64,000 nucleotides of DNA from Octopus vulgaris (GCA_951406725.2 OX597814.1:111228001-111292000); one strand, 5' to 3'. Positions 1 to 13,640 are shown, counted from the first letter of the stretch. The notes: a model not told the origin generated them from the letters alone. Numbers and translations: made by a program.

Positions 1-712
1 AGGTTCCCTCAACCGCTAGGGTGTGGCACTTTTTCACACAACTATCTTCATCCATTCTCGCCACATGCCCATACCAGTGCAAACGTCTCTCTTGCACACC
101 ACATCTGATGCTTCTTAGGTCCAGCTTTTCTCTCAAGGTACTTACACTCTGTCGAGTATGAGTACTGACATTTCACATCCATCGGAGCATACTGGCTTCA
201 TTTCTTGCGAGCTTACGCATATCCTCAGCAGTCACGGCCCATGTTTCACTACCATATAGCATGGCTGTTCGTACACACGCGTCATACAATCTGCCTTTTA
301 CTCTGAGCGAGAGGCCTTTTGTCACCAGCAGAGGTAAGAGCTCTCTGAACTTTGCCCAAGCTATTCTTACTCTAGCAGTTACACTTTCAGCACACCCGCC
401 CCCGCTGCTGACTTGGTCACCTAGGTAACGGAAGCTATCAACTATTTCTAGTTTTTCTCCCTGGAAAGTGACAGAAGTTGGTCTCAGAGCATTTTCAGTG
501 TTTATTGTTCCTGAGCATCTGCCACATACAAAAACCATCTTCCTAGTTAGCCTTCCTTTGACATTGCTGCACCTCTTATGTGTCCATAGCTTACACTTGG
601 TGCATCTTATAGAGTTTCTACCTACACCTTTTCTACAGATCGAGCAGGGCCATCAACCTGAAGGCGTTTGTGATTTGTCTACCTTCCTACTTATTACGAC
701 TTTGGTTTTAGC
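1..712 (-). mobile_element. RTE-clade LINE fragment (RT C-terminal region with an inserted PHD-like Cys/His finger)
   Basis: Minus-strand translation [28 protein letters not shown]...FVCGRC, then [10 protein letters not shown]...RVRIAWAKFREL...KGRLYDACVRTAMLYGSETW and ERRLHWYGHV, typical of the RTE thumb region. In-frame stops; interrupted by the TA microsatellite. Confidence 0.85.
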
Positions 713-1453
<741 letters not shown>

Positions 1454-1977
1454 CTTTGATACTTTGATAGGTTTCGGCCATTATTGGCCCAGGCCATGTC
1501 TAACTTAATAGCACCACCTGGTGAAGTCTTTCAAGTCAGAATTTGGGCACTATGGCCCACTCAAGTAGAGAGTTATTGTTTACAGAGACATATCCGGGTG
1601 TAGGGGGTTTATCCGGGATTTCTTGAAGGAATCTGTCCAAAGACTTCTTGAACCCTATAGGGTCAGTTTCTGTTTTAATGTGTTTTGGTGTAATGTTAAA
1701 GAGAGCGGGGCCAATTGAGGTGAAATAATTGTGCCGTATTGTTGTTATGAGATGAGAGTGCGATTTTTGTTTTGGGCGGATGGCACGGGGCCCAAGCCTT
1801 GGATGTACCTTAAAGGTGATGCCAACATCATTTGGGCAATGCTGATGGAATATTTTCCACATCATGCAGATGATGTAGCGCTCACGACGACGTTGGAGAG
1901 AATAGAGTTTTAGCTTTTCTAGTCGACCCCAATAGTCGAGGCCTGTCATGCCATCTATCTTTTTTGTGATTGCCCTT
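1454..1977 (-). mobile_element. CR1/L2-group LINE 3' end fragment
   Basis: ORF 1536-1949: [20 protein letters not shown]...GPALFN...[16 protein letters not shown]. Short 3' UTR with a GGCC-AATAAT-GGCC stem-loop and a TATCAAAG repeat tail. Confidence 0.75.
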
Positions 1978-2244
1978 GTATATATATATATATGTATGTA
2001 TATATATATGTATGTATATATATATGTATGTATATATATATATGTATGTATATATATATATATATGTATGTATATATATATGTATGTATATATATATATG
2101 TATGTATATATATATATGTATGTATGTGTGTATGTATATATATATATATATTATGTATATGTATGTATGTATGTATATGTATGTATGTATGTATATATAT
2201 ATATATATATACATACATATTTATATCATCATCATCATCATTTA

Positions 2245-2276
<32 letters not shown>

Positions 2277-2289
2277 GTATATATATATA

Positions 2290-2333
<44 letters not shown>

Positions 2334-2336
2334 GTA

Positions 2337-2397
<61 letters not shown>

Positions 2398-2536
2398 GTA
2401 TATATATATGTATATATATATATGTATATATATATGTATATATATATGTATATATATATATGTATATATATATATGTATATATATATATGTATATATATA
2501 TATATGTGTATATATATATATGTATATATATATATG

Positions 2537-2597
<61 letters not shown>

Positions 2598-2600
2598 AAA
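1978..2600. repeat. (TA)n/(TATG)n microsatellite
   Basis: Read directly. Confidence 0.95.
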
Positions 2601-2605
2601 TATTT

Positions 2606-2915
2606 ATATCATCATCATCATTTAACGTCCGCTTTCCATGCTAGCATGGGTTGGACAATTTGACTGAGGACTGGAGAACCAGATGGCTGCACCAGGCTCC
2701 AGTCTGATCTGGTAGAGTTTCTACAGCTGGTTGCCCTTCCTAACGCCAACCACTCCAAGGGTGTAGTGGGTGCTTTTATCTGCTACTGGCATGAGGGCCA
2801 GTCTGGTGGTACTGGTAAAGGCCACGCTCAAATGGTGCTTTTTATGTGCCACCTGTACAGGAATCAGTCCAGTGGCACTGGCAATGACCTCGCTCGAATG
2901 TTTTGTTCAAGTGCC
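2606..2915 (-). mobile_element. RTE 3'-UTR-derived repeat with (GAT)n tail
   Basis: CATCATCATTTAACGTCCGCTTTCCATGCTAGCATGGGTTGGAC...CTGG(A/T)TGCCCTTCCTAACGCCAACCACTCC block that recurs more than 15 times in the window. Confidence 0.75.
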
Positions 2916-4154
2916 AATATATATATATATATTTAATAAATTAAATAGAGGGATACATATATATAAGGGTATTGAATTGTTTATCTATCAAACATTTGTA
3001 TAAAGTCAAAGCAAATTATTGGTTTGTTTTGGTTGTTTAAATAATTATGTTATATTATATTATAATATAAATAAAGTATTGGATTGTCAATTAATAATAA
3101 TAATAATATTATTGTATATAGTGCTCAGGTGCACCACAACTTGTCAGACAGTGCGTATAAAGTATATGCAGTAATGTACAAATGTCTGGAAAGCGAATAA
3201 TGTATGAATCAGACACATGCTTGTGTGTGTATGGAGGGGAGAAAATCAGGTGTAGTGTTGGCGAATCTCAGAAAGCATGGAAGTTTTGAAGGATGCAGTG
3301 TATCACTCTATTTAATTTATTATTTGTAATTTGCATTATACCCATTTTTATGTGGTATCTAACCAATATACCAGTGAATTGGATGTTTTACACATCCATT
3401 TAAAGGAATTCTTTTCTTTTGCTTGTTACCTTATATATTTATACATATATACATATATATATACATACAATAAGTTCATTATTATTATATATAAGGAGTT
3501 GAGTTGTATGAATGTACCACTGTTACACATAAGAAAGCTATTAGTATTTTTTTGAAAATTAATAAGAATTTATAGCGAAACTGAAGACACTTCGATTACG
3601 GTCAAATTTAATATCTATTGCAGAAATATTATTTTAACCATTTTGCTCATTGATAAGGTTCTTTAAAGACATTCAAACTAAAACTTCCATAGTTCAACAT
3701 AAAAGATTTGATTAAATAATGCAATTAATTTCATTTAGAAAGCAACTATGAAGAGTAAAATAGCTCAAGGATTATGTCTGGTCAAAAGATGCAAGGGAAA
3801 CAACTCTGAAACATTCCTAGAATTTTCACAGTACTTGCAAAAGCTTCGACTCACTCCTCCTTGAATATCACTGTTCAAGTTATCTCCCTTATTCTTCTTC
3901 AACTGGAATTCTCTCCAGCATCAATCTAATTTTTTCCTCTCATTTCTAAATTTAACATTTTTCATTCTCTATATTAAATAAACTAAACACCAGATTTGCC
4001 GCTAATCTTCCACTGATGATATACAAAAGATATAATCATTTCAATGATTTCTAGGGTCAGAGTCTGCCTTTTATCCTTTTTTTCATTAGATCTTCATTTC
4101 CTACATGACACAATACTACACGGAATTAAACTACAATTTTTTTTATCATTTCAG

Positions 4155-4217
4155 TGACTGGACATTTTATAGAAACATCACCTCTGTGCAAAGACTTTCA
4201 TTGCCAAAATGCACACA
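4155..4217 (+). CDS. Coding exon A of the Pro-repeat / transcobalamin-beta-like gene (xTGHFIETSPLCKDFHCQNAH)
   Basis: tttcag acceptor, gtgagt donor, 63 nt, phase 1-1, joins exon B in frame. Upstream exon(s) not located. Confidence 0.65.
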
Positions 4218-4772
4218 GTGAGTATTGCATTTTCATTTTTTCTCAGTCCTTCATCATCATCATTTAATGTCCTCTCTCCATGCTGACATAGATCAGACGG
4301 TTTGATTGGAACTGATGAGCCCGGTTCCAGTCTGATTTGGCATAGTTTCTATAGTTAGATGCCCTTCCTAATGCCAACCACTCCAGGAGTATAGTGGGTG
4401 TTTTTATGTGCCACTGGCACAAGTGCCATTTTCATGACACCGGCAATGACCATGACTACACTTCATGGGTGCCTTTAACATGACACTGGCAACGATCACA
4501 ACTAAGATTCACAGGTGCCTCATGCCGGTGGCACGTAAAAAGCACCATCTGATTATGGTCGATACCAGCTCCTCTGGCCCCTGTGCCGGTGGCACGTAAA
4601 TAGCACCCACTACACTCTTGGAGTGGTTGCCAATAGGAAGGGCATCCAGCTGTAGAAACACTGCCAGATCAGATTAGGGCCTGGTGCAGCCTCCTGGCTT
4701 CCCAGACCCCAGTCGAACCATCCAACCCATGCCAGAATGGAATATGGACGTTAAACGATGACGATGATGATA

Positions 4773-5184
4773 TAGGGTGCAGTGAATAAACTCTCATCTA
4801 AATTACACAAAAATGAAAATAACATTGACATCTCAGGCCACATGGGAAGATGAATGGAGGCATAACATCGCCATCACTAGTGATCACTCGAAGCACCATG
4901 ATGTTGACTGGATGTTTGATTTTTATCACTTTCGGTACATGTCCTCATATTGACAGGCAAACACTCTAAAATGTTTGTATTGGAGCTTCCAGTGTAAATG
5001 CCAAACAGTACAGCATGTCATTTCCAAATTTCTGGCAGACCAAATTGCATCATGGTGCTGTTTTTCTCAGAGACAATACCCAACTGACCCTACTATACTG
5101 TGTAGTCAACAAAATCAAAAACAAACGATGCACATGCGTGAAATTAAAAATATAAAATAGCCACAGTTTACCCATCATACCCTG
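4773..5184 (-). mobile_element. Internally deleted derivative of the maT-like transposon at 58.8-59.8 kb
   Basis: Segments match the reverse complement of about 58805-58905 and 59390-59475; ends resemble AGGGTG...ACCCTG TIRs. Confidence 0.65.
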
Positions 5185-5397
5185 TGTGTGTGCGCACGCC
5201 TGTGTATTCCTCCTCCCCTTCCTTCTCCCCCTCCTCTCTCCCCCCTCCTCTCCTCCCCCTCTTCTCCTCTCTCCACACTACACCACACAACTTTACACAT
5301 CACATCATATATGATGTGCCATACTAATACATACTAATACATACACCAACCCTATACATACACACGTCCAGACCTCTCATACACACTAATACTCTCT

Positions 5398-5432
<35 letters not shown>

Positions 5433-5716
5433 ATACATACTAATACGTACTAATACATACTAATACATACACCAACCCTATACATACACACATCCAGACC
5501 TCTCATACGCACTAATACTCTCTCATACACACACACACACACACACACCCTTATGTTGGAGCTGGTCACTCAACCCTATTATCTCCCCTAATTTCGCTCT
5601 CGCGTCTCATGTTTGATCTTTGACTTCTGGCCAAAATCAGATCGCCATGTTGGTTCGTTAGTTACTGCACGCATTTTTTTTCTCTCCTTCTTTCTGTGTT
5701 TTTTTCTCTCTGTGTA

Positions 5717-5754
5717 TCTTTCTGTTGAAGAGCGTAGGCTCGAAACGTTAAAGA
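5717..5754 (+). ncRNA. Minimal hammerhead ribozyme-like motif (Penelope type; core A6 changed to U)
   Basis: UCUUU-CUGUUGAA-GAGC(GUAG)GCUC-GAAAC-GUU-AAAGA, with perfect stems I and II. Confidence 0.55.
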
Positions 5755-5850
5755 CTTGTTTTATTTATATTTCCTGAGCGCCATACTAATACAATTGTTT
5801 GTTTGTTTTCCACCTGCCTTCGTCTTTTGTCTATTTTCATAAAGCTTCCC

Positions 5851-5892
<42 letters not shown>

Positions 5893-6469
5893 TCACACAC
5901 ATGATTATGCATGTGTCTTTGTGCTTGTGTCCCCATAGATTGGATGTTCAGTGTTGGTTTGTTTATGTTCAAATAACTTAGCAGTGTTGGCAAAAGAGAT
6001 CAATAGAGTAAGTGCCAGACTTAAGAAATAAGTACCGGGATTGAAATCATTTCAAGCAAATATTTCTGTTAATTTCATTAATGAGATTAGAAAAGCAAAA
6101 CTGTTAAATACACAATCAAGGCTGTTTACTTTTAGAAATGTAGATGCTTTGAGAAATATGGCCTTTTTTTATATCTAACCAAAGACTTTTTCACACAAAA
6201 TATTCATTTTAAATTTTGGCCCAAGGTCAGCAATTTTGAGGATAGCAGGTGGTAGGGGGTGGGGGGCTAGTCGATTGCATCAACTCCAGCACTCAACCGG
6301 TACTTATTTCATTGACCCCAAAACGATGAAAGGCAGAGCTGGGCCTTGGCGGAACTTGAACTCAGAACATAATGACAGACAAATGTTGCTAAGCATTTTG
6401 CCCGGCATGCTTACAATTCTGTCAGCTCGCTGCCTTAATAATAATAATGATAATAATAATAATAATAAT

Positions 6470-7335
6470 AATGCCCTGATGCAGTACCAGGCAATGGCTC
6501 TCATGGCTTCTGATCTTAACTGATTGGAAGTGTTATCATGTACATTGTTTTGTCTTGGTATAAAAGATGGGCTACAGCAAATATTCTGCTCAATACCACA
6601 GATTTGCTTGTCAGTTGTTTGACCTTAACCAGTTGAGCATGTCCCTTAGTGGCTGACGATATGTGCATCTCTGATCACGAGCAGAAGTAGTGGGGGAGCA
6701 TCATAGCCATGTGTTGAGAGGGATTCTTTGGGGTTTGAATAATTCACCTCTGGAAATATGGGTGGTTCTTTCAACATCCTTAAACAACCCTTATTCAGGG
6801 ACCGTTTGAGCGGGATGGGCTACTCGACCTGAAGAAAATTCTAACTGGGCCCCACCTGCAAGGTCATGTGCTGTTTATCTTGATATGAGATCACCATGTC
6901 GCGCACATATGGTTGTGATGCATGTGCCTGGTGTGCCTTTATCAGACGGGTAGTCATGATGGGTATATTTTACCCAGGGTATATTTTACCCCAGTGTCAC
7001 TTTGATGGCATGAACTGCTCTCTCACTCAATAATAATAATAATTACCCTGATGCAGTACCAGGCAGTGGCTCTCATGGCTTCTGATCTTAACTGTTTGGA
7101 AGTGTTATCTTGTACATTGTTTTGTCTTGGTATAAAAAATGGGCTACAGCAAATATTCTGCTCAATACCACAGATTTGCTTGTCAGTTGCTTGACCTTGA
7201 CCAGTTTAGTATGTCCTCTTAGTGGCTGGTAATTTGTTCATCTCTGATCATGAGCAGAAGTAGTGGGGGAGCATCATAGCCATGTGTTGAGAGGAATTAT
7301 TTGGGGTTTGAATAATTTACCTCTGGAAACATGGG
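6470..7335. repeat. Interspersed repeat with a tandem partial duplicate (6470-7030 and 7045-7335), flanked by (TAA)n
   Basis: CCCTGATGCAGTACCAGGCA...CCTCTGGAAA block present twice at high identity. Confidence 0.7.
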
Positions 7336-7489
7336 AGTAAGAGTAAACCACAATCCAATGTTTTCCCATTGTTTTACTTTGATGTCATCCACATGCCTCT
7401 TTCATCTGCTTCCTCAGCATCTTTTGTTACACCTTTCCCACTGCAGCTTTGTACCGTTTTACGTAGCTTTTTTTCTCATCTTCCATATA

Positions 7490-7860
7490 TCTTCCTTGTT
7501 ATTGTTATTGTCTTCATCACAATTATCATCATCATCATTATCTTCATCATTATTTTCGTTATTATTATTTATCATCATTATTGCTATCATCACTATCAAA
7601 ATCATCATCACTGCTGTCATTATTGTCATTATTATCACCAACATCTTTATCATCATCATCATCATCATCTTCATCATCGTTATTGTTATCATCATCCTCA
7701 TTGTCATCATTGTCACCACCACCCTCATCATCATCATTATTGTCATCGTTGTCATCATCAACATTATCATCATGCTCAATATCATCATCATCATTGTCAA
7801 GATTATTATCCTCCTCCTCCTCATCATCATCATCATCATCATCATCATGACTGTCATCTT
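7490..7860. repeat. Degenerate (ATC/ATT)n microsatellite
   Basis: Read directly; it produces the poly-I/H/S ORFs in the track. Confidence 0.9.
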
Positions 7861-7952
7861 CAGTTTGCCTTCAAACTTAATTTATCCCATTCTTTTCTTC
7901 TTTCTTCCTTTCTGTCTAACCCTAATATATTTTCTTTGATATTTTCTTCCAG

Positions 7953-8009
7953 TGAACCCAGAAATTTTTCGCATTTGTCAACAAATTGGTTGTTACAATG
8001 AAAACCCAA
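7953..8009 (+). CDS. Coding exon B (MNPEIFRICQQIGCYNENP)
   Basis: Polypyrimidine tract plus ccag acceptor, gtaaga donor, 57 nt, phase 1-1. C-X4-C spacing as in exon A. Confidence 0.7.
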
Positions 8010-8164
8010 GTAAGAATCACAATTATTTTCTAGTAATGAACATTTGTACCATAATCTGTAGTAATCATAATTGTCACCACCATCATCATCATAAGTCTTT
8101 CCAAGCACAGCATATCGCCAAACGTCTCGGTCACTTGTCATATACATATATACATATATATATA

Positions 8165-8552
8165 CTAGCAGTATCACCAGGCGTTGCTTGGGTTTGTTTC
8201 AACCCTTAAGAATTGGAATTTTTGAAAAGTAAAAATTTTGCATTATGTAGCTTGTTATTCTCTTTAAGTGAACATTTTTTTGGTTGAAATACACTGGAAA
8301 ATGGCGACACAGCAGTAAAAAAATCGTAAAAAATAGGGATTTTCATAGAAAAAGCACCTTTTTGATGTAAATAATTTTTGGTGTTAACATGGTCCAATTT
8401 GAAGTTTTTCTTCTACGGAATGAAGAGCAAGCCTTCTTTTGTCATACTCTCAATTTTGGTCAACTTGCGTTGCAGGGTCTTGGAGGAGATAGTGTTAGTT
8501 GAAGGCTATCAAACCTGCCATACACGGACAACTTCAGCTTTATATATAGAGA
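8165..8552 (-). mobile_element. Non-autonomous Helitron-like element
   Basis: Minus strand begins TCTCTATATATAAAG and ends in a degenerate CC..GCAACGCC.GG hairpin followed by CTAG, matching canonical Helitron termini. Confidence 0.5.
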
Positions 8553-8559
8553 GATGACA

Positions 8560-8930
8560 GAGTGGTGTTTCATCATGATAATGCAAGTCCTATGCTGCAA
8601 AGATTACACCAGAAGAAAAAAATTGAAGAACTTGGCCTTATTCCCTATCTTGTGCCTTGGACCCTGCTCCTTTTGATTACCATTTGTTTCAAAGCTTACA
8701 AAATCATTTAGACGGATTTGTACTCAAGTGCTCCAAAGAGGTTGAAACTGACCTCTCTTCCTTTTTCTCATCAAAGCCTAAAGTGTTTTTCACTAATGGA
8801 ATTTTAAAATTGATGAGTAGATGGAAGGAAGTCATCAATGACAATAGGAATTAAATTTTTATAAAATGTAAAATTAAATCACTTTCTTTTCCATACCCAA
8901 AATTCAGACATTACCTCTGAGATGACCTGT
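8560..8930 (+). mobile_element. Degenerate mariner transposase C-terminal fragment
   Basis: FHHDNA...DPAPFDYHLFQSLQNHLDG...FFTNGILKLMSRWKEVI. Confidence 0.7.
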
Positions 8931-8966
8931 TACACACACACACACACCTCTATTATATACACATAT

Positions 8967-9028
<62 letters not shown>

Positions 9029-9325
9029 AGTATATATATGAGAAAGGTTGAGTTCAAATAGAACAGTTTTATTTGGGGGGCAGGGGGTTCAAAGTTAGTT
9101 TTCCAATAAAGAGTTTTAGTTCCTACACAACTAGACTCAACACTACCTAAGCATATTTCTATATTTCATCTTTCACAACCTTTTTATCAATATCCAAATG
9201 AGTTATGCGACATGCACTCAATACAGACTCCTGTAACAACATAATTCTTCCATTACAACTTTTCTGATGTATCCTTCATTTTTGCACTAAGGTAAATGGT
9301 AATATATAATAAAATTAATTTTAAT

Positions 9326-9430
9326 TGGTTGTATACTGTCAATCTAACATGAACGTGACAGTAGTGGGGTCCACCACCGCTGTTTTGCCCCCTACTGTCA
9401 CATTCATGTTATATTGACAGTATACAACCA
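9326..9430. repeat. Near-perfect inverted repeat (about 40-bp arms)
   Basis: TGGTTGTATACTGTCAATCTAACATGAACGTGACAGTAG is complementary to CTACTGTCACATTCATGTTATATTGACAGTATACAACCA with 2 mismatches. Confidence 0.85.
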
Positions 9431-10014
9431 TTCTATCGCCCCACCACCGTACATATCTCTATGAGAGATTTAGAAATTTAATATTTCTGATTAATTTTAA
9501 TTATAATTAGTTTAATCTCTTTCATGTTTCTTGCATGTTGGTGTTACTATTTGAAACGGTCGTATGCATGGAATAAAATTTTGTAAAACTTTTAACACCT
9601 TCTCTTCTCCATCTTTAATTGTTTGTTGAGTTTATATAGGACTGTATTCTATAAATGGTCATAATACACCATGTGTGTATCTGTGTGTGTGTGTACTTAC
9701 TTGGAAATGGATATACATATGAACAGCTTACTTTCATAACCTGAGATACTTTTGAGTAATTGAGGAAACAACAACTTGAATATATCTGACTTTGATAGGA
9801 AGGCTAAGATTCGCCTCCTGTCTATATGGCATCTATTCCCAATTTGACTGAAAAAAAATTTGACACGCATGAAGCCAGCAGCTTTCAGATTGCGTTTTAA
9901 TAGTTATCATGAAATCAACCAAATATGCACTTATACTGGTTTTGAAAGCAAGCTCCTCATATACATATACACTCATATATATATACATACACATACACAC
10001 ACACGCACACACAC

Positions 10015-10067
<53 letters not shown>

Positions 10068-10526
10068 CATATACATATACATATATCTATTTCACGTTGC
10101 TCCAGTTCACTCAGCTGTAGAAATGAGTTGCGACGTCACTGGTGCCAAGCTGTATCGACCTTTGTCTTTCCCTTGGATAACACTGGTGGCATGGAGAGTG
10201 GAGGCTGGTATGCATGGGCGACTGCTGGTCTTCCATAAACAACCTTGCCCGGACTTGTGTCTAGGAGGGTAACTTTCTAGGTGCAATCCCATGGTCATTC
10301 ATGACCGAAGGGGGTCAAATAAAAAAAAATACATATATAAAATCTCTTTTTGTTATTCTGCTGTGTAAGAGCCAGTGACACTATAGATAGACACATCATA
10401 TTTGCTTTAGTGTCAGATCTGCTTGTATATGATTGATAAACAAAGTTTTCAATCTGCATTTGAAGTTATTATATTTTATCAATGAAATAAAAATGATCAC
10501 TAATAAAAATTTTCTCATTTCTACAG

Positions 10527-12077
10527 GACCATATCCTCCCCCAATAAATTCTCCACCAGGAAACTTTCCACCAGTAAACTATCCACCAGGAAACTTTCCA
10601 CCAGGCAACTCTCCACCAGGAAACTCTCCGCCAGGAAACTCTCCGCCAGGAAACTCTCCACCAGTAAACTATCCACCAGTAAACTATCCACCAGTAAACT
10701 ATCAACCAGGAAACTTTGCACCAGGCAACTCTCCACCAGGAAACTCTCCGCCAGGAAACTCTCCACCAGTAAACTATCCACCAGTAAACTATCCACCAGG
10801 AATCTTTCCACCAGGAATCTTTCCAGGCAACTCTCCACCAGTAAACTTTCCACCAGGAAACTCTCCACCAGTAAACTCTCCACCAGGCAACTTTCCACCA
10901 GGAAACTCTCCAGCAGGAAACCCTCCACTAGGCAACTCTCCACCAGGAAACTTTCCACCAGTAAACTTTCCACCAGGAAACTCTCCACCAGGAAACTTTC
11001 CGCCAGGAAGCTTTCCACCAGGAAACTATCCACCAGGCAACTCTCCATCAGGAAACTCTCCACCAGTAAACTTTCCACCAGGAAACTCTCCACCAGGAAA
11101 CTTTCCACCAGGAAGCTTTCCACCAGGAAACTATCCACCAGGAATCTTTCCCTCAGGCAACTCTCCAGCAGTAAACTTTCCACCAGGCAACTCTCCAGCA
11201 GTAAACTTTCCACCAGGCAACTCTCCACCAGGAAACTCTCCACCAGTAAACTTTCCATCAGGAAACTATCCACCAGGAAACTTTGCACCAGGAATCTTTC
11301 CCCCAGGCAACTCTCCAGCAGTAAACTTTCCACCAGTAGACTTTCCACCAGGAAACTATCCACCAGGAAACTTTCCACCAGGCAACTCTCCACCAGTAAA
11401 CTCTCCACCAGTAAACACTCTACCAGGAATCTTTCTCCCAGGCGACTCTCCAGCAGTAAACTTTCCACCAGTAGACTTTCCACCAGGCAACTCTCCACCA
11501 GTAAACTTTCCACCAGGAAACTATCCACCAGGAAACTTTCCACCAGGAATCTTTCCACCAGTAAACTCTCCACCAGTAAACTCTCCACCAGTAAACTCTC
11601 CACCAGTAAACACTCCACCAGTAGACTTTCCACCAGTAAACTATCCACCAGTAGACTTTCCACCAGGCAACTCTCCACCAGTAAACTTTCCACCAGGAAA
11701 CTATCCACCAGGAAACTTTCCACCAGGAATCTTTCCACCAGTAAACTCTCCACCAGTAAACTCTCCACCAGTAAACTCTCCACCAGTAAACACTCCACCA
11801 GTAGACTTTCCACCAGTAAACTATCCACCAGTAGACTTTCCACCAGGCAACTCTCCACCAGTAAACTTTCCACCAGGAAACTATCCACCAGGAAACTTTC
11901 CACCAGGAATCTTTCCACCAGTAAACTCTCCACCAGTAAACTCTCCACCAGTAAACACTCCACCAGTAAACGCTCCACCAGTAGACTTTCCACCAGTAAA
12001 CTATCCACCAGTAGACTTTCCATCAGGCAACACTCCGCCAGTAAACTATCCGCCAGTTCCACCATATTATGATTCAG
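10527..12077 (+). CDS. Coding exon C: about 100 PP(G/V)(N/D)(S/F/Y) pentapeptide repeats encoded by a 15-bp minisatellite
   Basis: tttctacag acceptor, G|gtaatg donor, 1551 nt stop-free, phase 1-1. The one shortened unit seen preserves frame. Confidence 0.85.
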
Positions 12078-12227
12078 GTAATGTTTTTTGAAAGCTTGTT
12101 ATTTCAATGTTTTAGACAAATACTTGTTTTTGATTAACTGGATAATTGTTTTTCTATTGAACTCTCACACAGACTAAACTGCTATCCTACCATACTGTCA
12201 CTCACTAATATGCTACAAATTTTGCTA

Positions 12228-12850
12228 GTCGTGGCCAATGCCAGTGCCGCCTGATGGACACCTGTGCTGGTGGCACATAAAAAGCACCAGTCAAGCATGG
12301 CCGATGCTAGTGCCACCTGATGGGCACCTGTGCTGTTGGCACATAAAAAGCACCAATCAAGCATGGCCGATGCCAGTGTTGCCTGACTGGCATCCATGCC
12401 AGTGGCACATAGAAAGCACCATTCAAGCGTGGCTGATGCCAGTGCCACCTGACTGGCTCCCATGCCAGTGGCATGTAAAAAGCACCATTCAAGTGTGGCT
12501 GATGCCAGTTCCCCCCTGACTGGCACCCATGCTGGTGACATAAAAAGCACCATTGGAGTGTGGTCTATGCCAGTGCCACCTAACTGGCTCCCATGCCGGT
12601 GGCACATAAAAAGCACCATTCAAGCGTGGCCGATGCCAGTGCCACCTGACTGGCTCCCATGCCAGTGGCATGTAAAAGCACTCACACCACTCTCGGAGTG
12701 GTTGGCATTAGGAAGGATATCCAGCTGTAGAAACCTTACTAAATCAAACTGGAACCTGTGCAGCTTCCCAGTTTGCCAGTCCTCAATCAAATCGTCCAAC
12801 CCGTGCCAGGATGGAAAACAGATATCAAATGACAACAATGGTGATGATGA
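12228..12850 (+). mobile_element. RTE 3'-UTR repeat with about 8 copies of a roughly 59-bp VNTR
   Basis: Tandem GGCACATAAAAAGCACCATTCAAGCGTGGCCGATGCCAGTGCCACCTGACTGGCTCCCATGCCAGT units, then the conserved GAGTGGTTGGCATTAGGAAGG block and a GAT-rich tail. Confidence 0.8.
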
Positions 12851-13049
12851 CTATTTGAAGAACTTGAAATGTATTTGAACCAAACATTTCACATTCTCTT
12901 ATGCTGTGTATGTACTTTTAGCTTTCATTGCTATCATTCTCTACGTGACTTCTATGTCTGCTTTTTGTCCCCACTTTTAACTTTTTCCAACATGCTTTTA
13001 GTGCACCTGAGCAGGGTTGAGTTCATCATCATCATTATTATTGTTATTT

Positions 13050-13640
13050 ATCTGCGGCTTTATATAGCTATGGTACGACCTCACCTGGAATTTGCATCAC
13101 CAGTCTTGCCCAGGATATTAATCATCTGGAAGTCATTCAGCGACGTGCAACCAAGAGAATACCCTCCATCAGGCATTTGCCATATTCTGAACGTCTTGCT
13201 TCCCTGGGCATGGATACATTGAAACTCTGACGTCTGGCAGCTGACTTGGCAGACACCCATAAAATTATTAACCATCTTACAAACAATAACTCTGAGCACC
13301 TTTTCAAACTCCATCTGTCTAACACTCATGGACATGTTTACAAAGTCAGAAAACAGCACAGCTCCCATGACTTTCGGAAACATTTTTTCACGCTAAGAAT
13401 TGCTGAAGCATGGAACAAACTGTTGGCATCAGTTGTTAGTTGTCAGAGCACTGCATCCTTCAAAACTTCCTGAGATTCGCCAACACTACACCTGATTTTT
13501 CTCCCCTCCATACACACGCAGGCATGTATCTAACTGTTCACTTCCCAGACATTTGTACATTGCTGCATATACATTATACGCACTTTTGACAAGTTGTGGT
13601 GCACCTGAGCACTGTATACAATAATTTTATTATTATTATT
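13050..13640 (+). mobile_element. CR1-type LINE 3' fragment, same family as 31200-35340
   Basis: LYIAMVRPHLEFAS...HDFRKHFFTLRIAEAWNKL; the 3' end GGTGCACCTGAGCACTGTATACAA(TTA)n matches the full-length copy. Confidence 0.85.

Noticed and set aside
3748-3863. Short ORF MKSKIAQGLCLVKRC... as the first exon of the gene
   Set aside because: No convincing phase-1 donor and no hydrophobic signal peptide. The first exon probably lies upstream of the window.
7331-8001. Poly-Ile, poly-His and poly-Ser ORFs
   Set aside because: Degenerate ATC/ATT microsatellite; only the 57-nt exon at 7953 has splice signals.
10521-12065. 514-aa antisense ORF (VESLL repeats)
   Set aside because: By-product of the 15-bp repeat. 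Splice sites and exon chaining support only the plus strand.
12228-12700. Regularly spaced repeats resembling a CRISPR array
   Set aside because: Units are fully tandem with no unique spacers, no cas genes are present, and the context is a eukaryotic LINE UTR.
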